Sequence record: SRR31156797_3024
Reading direction: 5' to 3' (one strand)
Length of the DNA: 39,416 nucleotides
The stretch's first letter is position 1; each line of letters starts with the position of its first letter. The notes under the pieces were generated by a model that was not told the origin of the DNA, did not search any database, and was given only the letters and a program-made list of their open reading frames with translations. Both the position numbers and the translations under genes were made by a program. Below, one piece after another: positions 1 through 10,585 of this stretch.

Positions 1-191
1 AACATCAAAAAAACGACCAAGAGCAAGACAAATAACTTGCCTAAAATTTTGATCTAAAATCAGTTTCATAGACGAAATAAGAATTAAAAAAACTAGAAAC
101 CAGTTGCGCCCAACACAGTTATTAAGATTTTTTCGGTGTGACACAGTCATGCTGAGTATTTGATTTTTCATTCTTTTTGAGGATTTTTGTT

Positions 192-1481
192 GTGACACGC
201 ATTATTGTCGTTGGCGGTGGTGCTGGTGGTCTTGAGCTTGCAACTAAGCTTGGACGTACACTAGGCCGTAAGAACCGTGCAGATATTACATTAGTCGATC
301 GCAAGTCTAGCCACCTTTGGAAACCACTATTACATGAAGTGGCAACGGGTTCACTTGATGAAGGGGTTGATGCCCTTAGCTACCGTGCCCACGCTAAAAA
401 CCACAGTTTTGATTTTCAACTGGGTAGTCTAGAGTCTATCGACCGTGAAAATAGGAAAATTGTTCTTAGTGAGCTTAAGGACGACCACGGTGAACTGTTA
501 ATGCCTAAGCGTGAAATTGAATACGATATGCTGGTGATGGCGATTGGTTCAACTTCAAATGACTTTAACACTCCTGGCGTTCGCGAAAACTGTATTTTCT
601 TAGATAGCCCTGAGCAAGCTCATCGTTTCCGTACTGAAATGAACAATGAGTTCCTTAAGCTTCACGCGAAAAACGGTCAAGGTACCGTGGATATCGCTAT
701 CGTTGGAGCGGGTGCAACAGGGGTAGAGCTTTCTGCTGAGCTGCACAATGCTGTTAAAGAGCTGCGCACATACGGGTTTGGTGATTTAGATTCAAGTAAG
801 TTGAACGTAAACCTAGTTGAAGCGGGTGAGCGTATTCTTCCTGCATTGCCTCCGCGAATTTCATCAGCAGCGCACAGTGAATTAACAAAGCTAGGCGTAA
901 ATGTTCGTACCGCAACGATGGTGACACAAGCTGATAAAGATGGCTTAACCACCAAAGACGGTGAAAAAATTAACGCGCAAATCATGGTTTGGGCTGCGGG
1001 TATCAAAGCGCCAGATTTCATCAAAGATATTGCAGGTCTAGAAACTAACCGCATTAATCAGTTGGTTGTGACAGAAACCCTTCAAACCACACGTGACGAG
1101 AACATTTTTGTTATTGGTGATTTGGCGCAATGTACGCAAGCGGATGGTTCGTTTGTGCCACCACGTGCTCAAGCTGCACATCAAATGTCGTCTCAAGCAT
1201 TCAAGAACATCGTTGCTAAAATGAATGGTCGTGAGCTGAAGCCATACGTTTATAAAGATCATGGTTCTTTGGTATCACTAAGCCGTTTCTCTACTGTGGG
1301 TAGCCTGATGGGTAACTTAACCAAGGGCTCAATGATGGTTGAAGGTCGCATTGCACGCGTGGTGTACATTTCTCTGTACCGAATGCACCAAATGGCATTA
1401 CACGGTGTACTGAAAACAGGCTTGATGATGTTAGTGGGTAGAATTAACCGAGTTCTGCGTCCGAACTTGAAATTGCACTAA
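192..1481 (+). CDS. ndh: Type II NADH:quinone oxidoreductase (NDH-2)
   Basis: Two Rossmann motifs ([22 protein letters not shown]) and the C-terminal [10 protein letters not shown]. Start moved to GTG at 192, after GAGG at 179-182 (ORF track starts at 177). Confidence 0.95.
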   Translation: MTRIIVVGGGAGGLELATKLGRTLGRKNRADITLVDRKSSHLWKPLLHEVATGSLDEGVDALSYRAHAKNHSFDFQLGSLESIDRENRKIVLSELKDDHGELLMPKREIEYDMLVMAIGSTSNDFNTPGVRENCIFLDSPEQAHRFRTEMNNEFLKLHAKNGQGTVDIAIVGAGATGVELSAELHNAVKELRTYGFGDLDSSKLNVNLVEAGERILPALPPRISSAAHSELTKLGVNVRTATMVTQADKDGLTTKDGEKINAQIMVWAAGIKAPDFIKDIAGLETNRINQLVVTETLQTTRDENIFVIGDLAQCTQADGSFVPPRAQAAHQMSSQAFKNIVAKMNGRELKPYVYKDHGSLVSLSRFSTVGSLMGNLTKGSMMVEGRIARVVYISLYRMHQMALHGVLKTGLMMLVGRINRVLRPNLKLH

Positions 1482-1506
1482 TAATTATTGAGTGACATAC
1501 TTTGAG

Positions 1507-1534
1507 AAAATCCCACCATTTGGTGGGATTTTTT
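1507..1534. terminator. Bidirectional intrinsic terminator between ndh and the GNAT gene
   Basis: AAAATCCCACC-ATTT-GGTGGGATTTTTT: inverted repeat with A/T tails between convergent genes. Confidence 0.85.
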
Positions 1535-1559
1535 ATATAGATTAAGTGCTTTCTTTTCG

Positions 1560-2099
1560 CTACTCAGGGATCAGCGAAAAAACGATGCCATCTTTTGGTT
1601 TGTCATTAAAGATGAATCGATTACGAGCAATACTCTCTTTTAATGCCCCACAGGCCAAAGCGAGCTTCTGACTCGCAATGTTATCGAGGTCACAAACAAT
1701 TTCTAAGCGAGTGAGTTTTAGCTGGCTAAAACAAAACTCGATTAACGCTTCTAATGCCTCTTTACCATAGCCTTTCCCCTGATAGGCGTCAGCGATCCAG
1801 TAACCTAAGCTGGCCATGTTAAATACGTGATAAAACTCATTGATAGCAACCATACCAATCAGCTGCTGTGAGTCTTTGTCAAACACGCCAAAACCATAGG
1901 AATCTGCTTTAACCCAGTTTAAGCGGTTAGCGAGAATGAATTGTTCTGCGTCGTTGATTGAAAAGTCACTATGGCACCAATCTATCCATTGGTGAAGTGA
2001 GGGCGATTGCTGCACACACTGTGAGAATAAAGGGGCTTCTTCTGTTTGCAGTAAACGTAGTTGAAGTCGCGGAGTAATGATTTGGAAGTCTGGGAGCAT
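1560..2099 (-). CDS. RimJ/RimL-family GNAT N-acetyltransferase
   Basis: ITPRLQLR N-terminus, LGYWIADAYQGKGYG acetyl-CoA motif, NIASQKLALACG. Confidence 0.9.
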   Translation of the reverse strand: MLPDFQIITPRLQLRLLQTEEAPLFSQCVQQSPSLHQWIDWCHSDFSINDAEQFILANRLNWVKADSYGFGVFDKDSQQLIGMVAINEFYHVFNMASLGYWIADAYQGKGYGKEALEALIEFCFSQLKLTRLEIVCDLDNIASQKLALACGALKESIARNRFIFNDKPKDGIVFSLIPE

Positions 2100-2121
2100 A
2101 CTTACTTTACCGTCTATACAT

Positions 2122-2144
2122 AAAAAGCGCCCAACGGGCGCTTT
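2122..2144 (-). terminator. Intrinsic terminator downstream of csiV
   Basis: AAAGCGCCC-AAC-GGGCGCTTT hairpin followed by a T-run on the minus strand. Confidence 0.75.
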
Positions 2145-2152
2145 AATAGCAA

Positions 2153-2932
2153 TTACTGTGCTTCGACTCTACGCACTTGAATCACCATTCCCATTAGAGG
2201 GTGATCAAGGTAATGGGTTTCACTACTGCGCATTCTGCGTTTTTGATCCATGCGGTAGCTTTTTAGGAACTTTTCTTCTCTTGTTGTGGGTGAGATTGGA
2301 GCAAGATTACCTGCTTGAACCGTTCCTTCGACAGCCATGTTTTCTTCTGTTGATGTAAACTCAATCGGCTCATCTTGAATCACAACGTCTCGGACACTTG
2401 GCTGCTTCAGGTCCATCATCACTTCAGTATAAAGATAGTGTTGCACGTAGACTTGCAGTGTACCGTCTAACTCGTAAAGTGGTTTAGCAATGGTTTGCTC
2501 TGTTACGCCGTCAATCGATGTTTGATGAAGGTTATCACCTATCATATTGCCATCAGGGTTAAACTCATGAGAATAGTCTTTACCAGCCTGAATATGGAAG
2601 GTTGGAGCCGCCCCTTTACCTTGGTCACCTTGTCGCCAAGCGGTATGAAGCAGTACGTCAAACCCCGCGTGCTTTTTCAGCTCTTGAACTTGGTCATTGA
2701 GCTTGTAATCGGAGTAAGCCAGCATTTTTACGCCTTTGCTTTGACGGTAGCTCGCATCAGCAAAACTGCCTGCACGATCCACACTGATTTCTGGTGACGA
2801 ATCAGGCCAAGATTCACTGATTTTTTCGGCATCAACAGCACGCTTGAAAATGATCACTTCAATATCAAATTGTCTTTCAGCCAAACTCGGCATAGATACA
2901 AGCAAAAGCAGTAATGGGATAAGGTTTTTCAT
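2153..2932 (-). CDS. csiV: Periplasmic peptidoglycan-binding protein CsiV (PBP1a/LpoA partner)
   Basis: Signal peptide, FDIEVIIF, LLHTAWRQ and the C-terminal RRMRSSETHYLDHP motif; lies directly downstream of mfd, as in Vibrio. Confidence 0.85.
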   Translation of the reverse strand: MKNLIPLLLLLVSMPSLAERQFDIEVIIFKRAVDAEKISESWPDSSPEISVDRAGSFADASYRQSKGVKMLAYSDYKLNDQVQELKKHAGFDVLLHTAWRQGDQGKGAAPTFHIQAGKDYSHEFNPDGNMIGDNLHQTSIDGVTEQTIAKPLYELDGTLQVYVQHYLYTEVMMDLKQPSVRDVVIQDEPIEFTSTEENMAVEGTVQAGNLAPISPTTREEKFLKSYRMDQKRRMRSSETHYLDHPLMGMVIQVRRVEAQ

Positions 2933-3063
2933 TATGACTCCGTCATTTAGTGCATCGCACCTTACATCTTTTAAGCGTCCTCAGACAAAGAATGAAGTGG
3001 TCATAGTGTTTAGTAGACCTTAGGTCTTGAATAAGCCACTTCACTACTTTGGAGAATCAATAT

Positions 3064-6000
3064 TTACGCTGTTGGTAGTAGATTTTGCTGGAATTCTCCC
3101 AACATGTCTGCAACAAATTGAATTCTTTCTCTTCTATCGACTAATGGTACCGCAAACTTAAATTTAGTCGGCCCATCCATTGCAAATTTTTTCGGTTGAG
3201 ACTGTAACAGTTTAACCAAAAACATAGGGTTAATGTCAGCATTAGGATAGAACTCGATATAGCCGCCTTTTTCATGCGCTTCAATTTTTCGCACTTTAAG
3301 CGCTGCTGCATTTAACTTGAGTTCGGCTACCGATAGCAAGTTTAAAGCTGCATCAGGCAGTTTACCGAAGCGGTCAATGAGTTCTACTTTCAGTTCTGCC
3401 AACTCACTATCGTCGGTGACACTCGCGATCTGTTTATACATAGACAAGCGGGTATTAATGTCTGGAATATAATCATCAGGCAGCAGTGCGGGTAAACGCA
3501 TTTCCACTTCCGTTTGTTCACGAAGTAGTTCGTCAAGAGAAGGTTCTTTACCGGATTTCAGAGCTTCAACGGCCTGTTCAAGCATTTCCATGTAAAGAGT
3601 AAAGCCCACAGACTGGATCTGACCACTCTGTTCGTCACCCAGTAACTCACCTGCGCCACGAATTTCTAAATCGTGAGTCGCTAGCGTAAAGCCGGCCCCG
3701 AGATCTTCGAGAGAAGCAATGGCTTCCAAACGTTTGACTGCGTCCTTGGTTATTGCTTTTGGCGGTGGAGTCAGCAAATAAGCGTATGCTTGGTGGTGAG
3801 AGCGACCCACACGTCCACGTAACTGGTGTAACTGAGCTAAGCCTAGCGAATCCGCGCGATTCATGATAATGGTGTTGGCGGTTGGAACATCGATACCGGT
3901 TTCGATGATCGTGGTACACACCAGCAAGTTAAAGCGTTGGTGATAGAAGTCATTCATCACACGTTCTAGTTCACGCTCACGCATTTGCCCATGGGCTGTG
4001 GTAATTCGCGCTTCTGGTATCAGCTTTTCTAAATCGGCGGCTACCTTTTCAATGGTTTCTACCTGATTATGCAGGAAGTAAACCTGACCACCACGCATGA
4101 TTTCACGCAGTACGGCTTCACGAATCACGCTATCTTCACTTTGACGGACAAAGGTTTTAATCGCCAAACGACGCGCCGGTGGTGTAGCAATAATCGACAA
4201 GTCTCTCATGCCACTCATGGCCATGTTGAGCGTTCGAGGGATAGGCGTTGCCGTCAGAGTTAAAATGTCTACGTCTGCCCGCATCGCTTTCACTTTCTCT
4301 TTTTGACGCACACCGAAGCGGTGTTCTTCATCCACAATCAGCAAGCCTAAGTCAGCGAACTTAATATCGTTAGAAAGCAACTTGTGAGTGCCGACTAAGA
4401 TATCGACTTTACCGTCAGCGACATCTTGAAGTATTTGCTTTTGCTCTTTGGCAGATTTAAAGCGAGACAACACTTCAACACGAATCGGCAGGTTAGCAAA
4501 ACGGTCACGGAAGTTTTCAAAGTGTTGCTGGGCGAGTAGAGTGGTTGGAACCAATACCGCTACCTGTTTACTGTTGTCGGTACAAACAAATGCTGCGCGC
4601 ATCGCCACTTCTGTTTTACCAAAACCGACATCACCACACACTAGACGATCCATCGCTTTGGCTTGGCACATGTCCGACATCACGGCGTTGATCGCCATTG
4701 CCTGGTCATCGGTCTCTTCAAATGGGAAACCCGCTTTGAATGTCGCGTATTGGTCTCTGTCTAGCGCAAACTTATACCCAGGTTTCAACTCACGTTTTGC
4801 GTAAACATCCAGTAATTCTGCTGCAACGTCTCGTACTTTCTCTGCGGCTTTGCGGCGTGCTTTGGTCCAGGCTTCGCTGCCTAATTTATGCAGTGGCGCA
4901 CTTTCTTCAGCGCCGCCTGAATAACGGCTAATCAAGTTCAGTGAAGAAACAGGCACATACAGCTTCGCTTCGTTGAGATACTCCAAAGTGACATATTCAG
5001 TTGTCAGTCCGCCTGCTTCAAGCGTTTGCAAGCCAACGTAACGACCGATACCGTGGTCGATATGCACTACAGGTTGACCCGGCTTAAGTTCTGCAAGGTT
5101 ACGAATAACCGCATCACTGTTGGTTGTTTTTCGGTCTTTTTTACGGCGTTGGACAACTCGGTCGCCCAACAAATCGCTTTCGCAAATCAGCGCAAGTTTA
5201 TCGGTGCCAAAAATGAAGCCACGTTCTGCGGAGCCTAAAATCAGTGAAAATTTACTGCTATCTTTTACTGCTTCTGAAAACGACGATTGGTTTTCTGGGC
5301 GCAGTTTGATTGGCTGTAAAAGCTCAAGTAACGCTTCGCGACGACCTTCTGACTCTACCGAAAAGATTATCTGGCCTTTAAACTGCTCACTGAACTGACG
5401 CAAGGCCGCCATCGGTTCTTTGTTCTGATGTTGTACAGCAAGCGTAGGTAATGGGCTAATGTCTGGGTTTGTGCGGCCGGCTTTTTCAGCAATCGCTTCC
5501 ACGCTTAAAAGCGTCTGAGGTAGAGTTTTAAACTGAGCAAACAGTTCGTCCTTTTTCAACCACAATTCTTCTGGTGGAAGCAATGGACGCAGTGGATCTA
5601 CTTTTCTTTGATCGTAGCGATAGTCCACGTCGGTCAGGAAGTGATCAACCGAAGATTCAATGTCACCGACACTAATTAACTGGCTGGCATCCGGCAGATA
5701 ATCAAATAGGGTTTCAGTGTGATCGAAGAACAGCGGTTGCCAATATTCGATACCGGCTGGCCACGTCCCTTTAGACACTTGCATGTAGACTGATTCTGGC
5801 TCTCTACGTGCATCAAATCTTTGACGCCAACGGATACGAAAATCTTCTATGGCGCTTTCCGTGGTCGGAAATTCGTGTGCAGGAAGCAGACAAATTTCGT
5901 GAATCTCTTCTATTGAACGCTGATTTTCTGGGTCAAATGTTCGAATTGTATCGATTTCATCATCGAAAAAATCAATACGGTATGGGTCAGAGCTGCCCAT

Positions 6001-6525
6001 AGGGAACAGATCTAAAATAGAGCCGCGACTGGCATACTCACCGGGGCCGAATACCTGATCGACGTGGCGATAGCCCGAGTTTTCAAGTTGGATTCGCAGC
6101 TTTTCTAACGAAAATCGATCGCCACGTTTCACCATCAACGTATGTTGTAGTAAAAAATCGCGCGGTGTTTGTCTTTGCAACAGCGTACTGACGGGAACAA
6201 TCGTAATGCCGGATGTTAGCTTGGGAAGCTGATATAAGCGTGAAATGCGATCCGATATTATTTCCTGATGCGGCGAAAAATTATCGTAGGGAAGGGTTTC
6301 CCAGTCAGGAAACAGGGCGACGTCAGTGTGGCTGAACTGCTCAATTTCATGTAATAGCTTAAGGGCTGTTTGAGGATCGCGTACCGCGAGTAATGTATGA
6401 CCCGAGTAGTTATTGGCGATTTCTGCTATGGCTAACGCAAGGCTAGAGCCTTGAAGATTGCCAATGTATTTTTTATCTCCTGCACCGTTGGCAGAAGTCA
6501 AAGAAAGTAGTGTGTTTTTAGTCAT
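3064..6525 (-). CDS. mfd: Transcription-repair coupling factor Mfd
   Basis: 1153 aa; UvrB-like N-terminus, RID (VHIDHGIGRY), GDVGFGKT Walker A, DEEH box, QLRGRVGR. Confidence 0.98.
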   Translation of the reverse strand: MTKNTLLSLTSANGAGDKKYIGNLQGSSLALAIAEIANNYSGHTLLAVRDPQTALKLLHEIEQFSHTDVALFPDWETLPYDNFSPHQEIISDRISRLYQLPKLTSGITIVPVSTLLQRQTPRDFLLQHTLMVKRGDRFSLEKLRIQLENSGYRHVDQVFGPGEYASRGSILDLFPMGSSDPYRIDFFDDEIDTIRTFDPENQRSIEEIHEICLLPAHEFPTTESAIEDFRIRWRQRFDARREPESVYMQVSKGTWPAGIEYWQPLFFDHTETLFDYLPDASQLISVGDIESSVDHFLTDVDYRYDQRKVDPLRPLLPPEELWLKKDELFAQFKTLPQTLLSVEAIAEKAGRTNPDISPLPTLAVQHQNKEPMAALRQFSEQFKGQIIFSVESEGRREALLELLQPIKLRPENQSSFSEAVKDSSKFSLILGSAERGFIFGTDKLALICESDLLGDRVVQRRKKDRKTTNSDAVIRNLAELKPGQPVVHIDHGIGRYVGLQTLEAGGLTTEYVTLEYLNEAKLYVPVSSLNLISRYSGGAEESAPLHKLGSEAWTKARRKAAEKVRDVAAELLDVYAKRELKPGYKFALDRDQYATFKAGFPFEETDDQAMAINAVMSDMCQAKAMDRLVCGDVGFGKTEVAMRAAFVCTDNSKQVAVLVPTTLLAQQHFENFRDRFANLPIRVEVLSRFKSAKEQKQILQDVADGKVDILVGTHKLLSNDIKFADLGLLIVDEEHRFGVRQKEKVKAMRADVDILTLTATPIPRTLNMAMSGMRDLSIIATPPARRLAIKTFVRQSEDSVIREAVLREIMRGGQVYFLHNQVETIEKVAADLEKLIPEARITTAHGQMRERELERVMNDFYHQRFNLLVCTTIIETGIDVPTANTIIMNRADSLGLAQLHQLRGRVGRSHHQAYAYLLTPPPKAITKDAVKRLEAIASLEDLGAGFTLATHDLEIRGAGELLGDEQSGQIQSVGFTLYMEMLEQAVEALKSGKEPSLDELLREQTEVEMRLPALLPDDYIPDINTRLSMYKQIASVTDDSELAELKVELIDRFGKLPDAALNLLSVAELKLNAAALKVRKIEAHEKGGYIEFYPNADINPMFLVKLLQSQPKKFAMDGPTKFKFAVPLVDRRERIQFVADMLGEFQQNLLPTA

Positions 6526-6533
6526 GGAAACGC

Positions 6534-7103
6534 TTATGGTTTTTCTCGGTTTAAAGAGCGCTGACGAAGTATTTTTTGCTGCTGATGAAGCGCGGCTTTA
6601 ATGAGCAAATCCTGATCGGTGTCTCTTAGTAAGTCATATTTAACGGTGATGATATTATCATCGTTATGCTGTTCGATGCTATCAACGGTGGCATAACAAT
6701 AGATTGCAGCGGCTGGGTGTTCTAAAAATAGCTTTATTCTCAGTTTTGTGCCGATAGCTAGCGTTTGCTCAGAAAGATACGACAGTTGGCTGGCACCAAA
6801 AGATTTGGTGGTTGTGCGAAATTGCGGATCATCTTGCTGGGATAGCATAAAGGTTAGCAACAAGTTTAGCTTTGAGTTCTGGGTATCAAGCAGTTGAATA
6901 ACGTGTTTGAAGTCGTTGTTTTTTAGTTCTGATTTTGCTGCATCACTGAGTTGATCAAGGTGGCTGAACTCACTGGCGACAATAAAAGGAGCCGGTATCT
7001 CATTGACGAAGTTCTCGTACGATGGGAACTGACAGTCAGACGCTAATGGCTCAACGTTTATCGTTAGCTTGTGGTGTACCGTAAAATATTCTTGATCAGT
7101 CAT
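6534..7103 (-). CDS. plzB: PilZ-like domain protein (PlzB-like, degenerate c-di-GMP motifs)
   Basis: Located between lolC and mfd like the Vibrio plzB; C-terminal beta-rich segment (LRIKLFLEHPAAAIYCYATV) followed by a helix (DQDLLIKAALHQQQ). The symbol rests on recalled synteny. Confidence 0.65.
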   Translation of the reverse strand: MTDQEYFTVHHKLTINVEPLASDCQFPSYENFVNEIPAPFIVASEFSHLDQLSDAAKSELKNNDFKHVIQLLDTQNSKLNLLLTFMLSQQDDPQFRTTTKSFGASQLSYLSEQTLAIGTKLRIKLFLEHPAAAIYCYATVDSIEQHNDDNIITVKYDLLRDTDQDLLIKAALHQQQKILRQRSLNREKP

Positions 7104-7331
7104 ATAAAATTCCTTTTGTCTTAATAGTGATTATCGCCATACCAGCGAGGTAATCAAGGTATGTCATTGTCTTAAGGAAATATAAATTGAGAATTAGGTT
7201 GGGTTATTGGTTAATCTTTGTGCGTAGCCCTGCAAAACATCGGAAGTCTTGCATAGTTTTGGCAAAGAAAAGCTACAACCTTGGCGGGAATCTCGTTACA
7301 GTAAGCTCATCTTATTTGATTGGTTTTTATT

Positions 7332-8540
7332 ATGTTTCATCCGATTTCGACCTTTATCGGTTTGCGTTATTTAAGAGGACGCTCCGGTGATAGGTTCAGT
7401 CGTTTCGTTTCTTATATGTCGACCGCGGGAATTACTATCGGTGTGATGTCGTTAGTGACAGTACTGTCGGTGATGAATGGCTTTGAAGCGCAGCTAAAGA
7501 GCCGAATTTTAGGCGTACTGCCTCAAGCGGTTATTTCACAGGTAAAAGACAAAACCGAGTTTACCGCTTCGGTTCCTGAGTTTATTACTCAGTTATCAAC
7601 CCAGCGCAAACCAGAGCCGATAGTTCGAAGCGAAGCAGTCGTTCAAAGTGCTTCTCAACTCGCTGCTGGTTTAATGGTGGGTATCGAACCCAATCAGAAT
7701 GATCCGATCATGAACTATTTAATCGCAGGGCGTTTTTCTTCCTTAAAAGAGGGAGAGTACCGTGTTTTTTTAGGACATACGTTAGCACGTAATTTAAACG
7801 TATCTGTCGATGATAAAGTTCGACTGATGGTGACCAGTGCCAGTCAGTTTACTCCATTAGGCCGAATCCCAAGCCAAAGAAATTTTACGGTCGCTGGAAT
7901 TTTTAATACCGGGTCGGATGTTGATGGCCAGTTGATGGTGACTCACATTTCTGACGCCGGTAAGTTGTTGAGATTTAATAAAGAGACAATTTCAGGATGG
8001 CGACTATTTTTTGATGACCCGTTTGTGGTGGGCGAACTATCAAATAACCCGCTGCCTGATGGTTGGTATTGGAGTGATTGGCGCGAGCAGCGTGGAGAGC
8101 TTTTCCAAGCGGTTGGCATGGAAAAGAACATGATGGGCTTAATGCTTGGGCTGATCGTTGGCGTTGCCGCTTTTAATATCATCTCTGCACTGATCATGGT
8201 GGTAATGGAAAAACAATCTGAAGTGGCGATATTAAAAACCCAAGGCATGACAGATAGACAAGTTCTGAGTATTTTTATGGTTCAAGGTGCGAGCAGTGGT
8301 GTCATTGGTGCTCTGGTTGGCGGAACTCTGGGTGTGATTCTCGCGGCTAATTTGAATACCTTACTCGATGCGCTAGGCGTGGCACTTTTCTCCTTAGGTG
8401 GTGAACTTCCTATTGTGATTAATACCACTCAGATTATTGTCGTGGTGGTATTGGCGATTTGCTTAAGCCTGTTGGCGACTCTTTTCCCGTCTTATCGGGC
8501 ATCTTCTGTTAAACCAGCCGAGGCTTTACGTTATGAATAA
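7332..8540 (+). CDS. lolC: Lipoprotein-releasing ABC transporter permease LolC
   Basis: [35 protein letters not shown] at 7332 preferred over TTG at 7320. Confidence 0.95.
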   Translation: MFHPISTFIGLRYLRGRSGDRFSRFVSYMSTAGITIGVMSLVTVLSVMNGFEAQLKSRILGVLPQAVISQVKDKTEFTASVPEFITQLSTQRKPEPIVRSEAVVQSASQLAAGLMVGIEPNQNDPIMNYLIAGRFSSLKEGEYRVFLGHTLARNLNVSVDDKVRLMVTSASQFTPLGRIPSQRNFTVAGIFNTGSDVDGQLMVTHISDAGKLLRFNKETISGWRLFFDDPFVVGELSNNPLPDGWYWSDWREQRGELFQAVGMEKNMMGLMLGLIVGVAAFNIISALIMVVMEKQSEVAILKTQGMTDRQVLSIFMVQGASSGVIGALVGGTLGVILAANLNTLLDALGVALFSLGGELPIVINTTQIIVVVVLAICLSLLATLFPSYRASSVKPAEALRYE

Positions 8541-9219
8541 CCTTTTACGTTGTGATCAAGTTTGTAAAACATACCAAGAAGGTGAGTTGCAAACTCAGGT
8601 ATTAAAAGGTGTGAGCTTTGATATCGAAAAAGGTGAGCTGGTTTCTATTATTGGCTCTTCCGGTTCGGGGAAAAGTACCCTTTTGCATATTTTAGGGGCT
8701 TTGGATGAAGCGTCTTCGGGGAACGTAGAGTTCTTAGGTCAGGATTTAACACGCTTGCATTCCAATAAGCAGGCTAAAATTCGTAACCAACATCTGGGTT
8801 TTGTTTACCAGTTTCACCACTTGCTGGCCGATTTTTCAGCGTTAGAAAATGTGGCAATGCCATTGTTGATTGGTGGTACAAAAGTTGCGGATGCGAAAGC
8901 GACAGCAGCGGCTTTGTTAGACAGAGTGGGTCTTACCCATCGTTTAGATCATCGTCCGTCTGAGTTATCCGGTGGTGAGCGTCAGCGTGTAGCGATCGCC
9001 AGAGCATTGGTTAACAAGCCCGATTTAGTATTGGCGGATGAACCAACCGGTAACTTAGACCATAAAACGGCATTATCAATTTATGACTTGATGCGAGAGC
9101 TTAATCAAGAGTCGGGTACCGCGTTTTTGGTTGTCACGCACGATGGTGAATTGGCTGCAAAAATGGATCGCCAGATGCATATGCAAGATGGGTTGTTGCT
9201 TGATGTCGAGGGGGTGTAA
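8533..9219 (+). CDS. lolD: Lipoprotein-releasing ABC transporter ATP-binding protein LolD
   Basis: GSSGSGKS Walker [11 protein letters not shown] LolD motif, LSGGERQR; overlaps the lolC stop. Confidence 0.97.
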   Translation: MNNLLRCDQVCKTYQEGELQTQVLKGVSFDIEKGELVSIIGSSGSGKSTLLHILGALDEASSGNVEFLGQDLTRLHSNKQAKIRNQHLGFVYQFHHLLADFSALENVAMPLLIGGTKVADAKATAAALLDRVGLTHRLDHRPSELSGGERQRVAIARALVNKPDLVLADEPTGNLDHKTALSIYDLMRELNQESGTAFLVVTHDGELAAKMDRQMHMQDGLLLDVEGV

Positions 9220-10464
9220 GTGTTTTCTTCACTCTCTTTGTTTATCGGCGGACGATTTAGCCGAGCGAAGCAACGTAATAAAATGGTGTCATTTATCTCA
9301 CTCTCCTCAACGATTGGCATTGCGGTTGGTGTAGCCGTGATCATTATTGGCTTGTCGGCCATGAATGGCTTTGAGCGTGAACTGCAAAACCGTGTGCTTT
9401 CAGTGATACCTCATGCTGAATTTGAAGGCGTTCGCGGACCAGTGCGAGATTGGCAAGGGATCGTCCACAAAGCCACGCAACATTCTCAGGTCGTCGCAGC
9501 CGCGCCTTACGTAAAAATGACGGCGTTAGCTGAAAAAGGTTCTGAGTTGAAAGCGATCGAAGTGCGTGGGGTTGATCCGCAGATGGAAAGAGCGGTGTCT
9601 AGTCTCGCTCAGTATGTCACTAATGAAGCATGGCAAGGTTTTGTTGCGGGCCAGCAGCAAGTGATTTTAGGTAAAGGTGTGGCTGATAAGCTAGATGCTG
9701 AAGTTGGTGATTTTATTACTTTGATGATTCCTAGTGCTAACAACAGCTCGAAAGTGCAGGCTCCCAAGCGAGTCAGAGTTAAAATTGCTGGGCTGTTGGC
9801 ACTGAATGGTCAAATCGATCACAGTTTGGCTTTGTTACCGATTGAGGATGCTCAGCAATATGCCAAGCTTGGTAAAGGTGTCTCAGGCGTATCAATCAAA
9901 GTTAAGCAAGTGCTTAACGCTACTCAGGTGGTTCGTGAAGTCGGCAATACTTTAAACGAATATGTTTACTTGCGCAGTTGGCAGCAAAAATATGGTTTTT
10001 TGTACCGAGATATCCAAATGGTTCGAACCATCATGTATTTAGTGATGGTGCTGGTGATTGGCGTAGCAAGCTTTAACATTGTTTCGACGTTAATGATGGC
10101 TGTTAAAGACAGAGCCGCTGAGATTGCGATTTTACGAACCATGGGGGCGTCAGACGGTTTAGTGAAACGCATCTTTGTCTGGCAAGGGGTCTTCTCAGGA
10201 GTGCTAGGTGGTGTGGTTGGTAGCATCATGGGTGTGTTGGTTGCTTTAAATTTAACGACTATGGTGAAAGGTCTGGAGTCTTTAATTGATCACCAATTTC
10301 TTTCTGGGGATATCTACTTTGTCGATTTTCTGCCATCGCAAGTGGTCATAGGCGATGTTGCGCTAGTGTCAGGCACGGCGATAGCGCTAAGCTTGTTAGC
10401 TACTTGGTATCCCGCATCACGGGCGAGTAAGCTAAACCCAGCGACAGTATTGAGTAGCAAATAA
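9220..10464 (+). CDS. lolE: Lipoprotein-releasing ABC transporter permease LolE
   Basis: LSAMNGFERE, ASFNIVSTL, YFVDFLPS; GTG start abuts the lolD TAA. Confidence 0.95.
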   Translation: MFSSLSLFIGGRFSRAKQRNKMVSFISLSSTIGIAVGVAVIIIGLSAMNGFERELQNRVLSVIPHAEFEGVRGPVRDWQGIVHKATQHSQVVAAAPYVKMTALAEKGSELKAIEVRGVDPQMERAVSSLAQYVTNEAWQGFVAGQQQVILGKGVADKLDAEVGDFITLMIPSANNSSKVQAPKRVRVKIAGLLALNGQIDHSLALLPIEDAQQYAKLGKGVSGVSIKVKQVLNATQVVREVGNTLNEYVYLRSWQQKYGFLYRDIQMVRTIMYLVMVLVIGVASFNIVSTLMMAVKDRAAEIAILRTMGASDGLVKRIFVWQGVFSGVLGGVVGSIMGVLVALNLTTMVKGLESLIDHQFLSGDIYFVDFLPSQVVIGDVALVSGTAIALSLLATWYPASRASKLNPATVLSSK

Positions 10465-10479
10465 ACTTCCGTTAAAAAC

Positions 10480-10504
10480 AAAAAAGGACCGTAAGGTCCT
10501 TTTT
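10480..10504. terminator. Bidirectional intrinsic terminator (lolE / DUF2062)
   Basis: AAAAAAGGACC-GTAA-GGTCCTTTTT; GNRA loop with A/T tails. Confidence 0.85.
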
Positions 10505-10585
10505 CACATTTGAAGTACATGGTTTTCAATCGGTTATTTCGAGTTAGTCTCAAACTTCACCAAGTCTTAAACCCAGTCACATCAT

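Noticed and set aside
49-63. FNR box upstream of ndh (TTGATCTAAAATCAG)
   Set aside because: The half-sites are 5 bp apart rather than 4; plausible by analogy to E. coli but not supportable.
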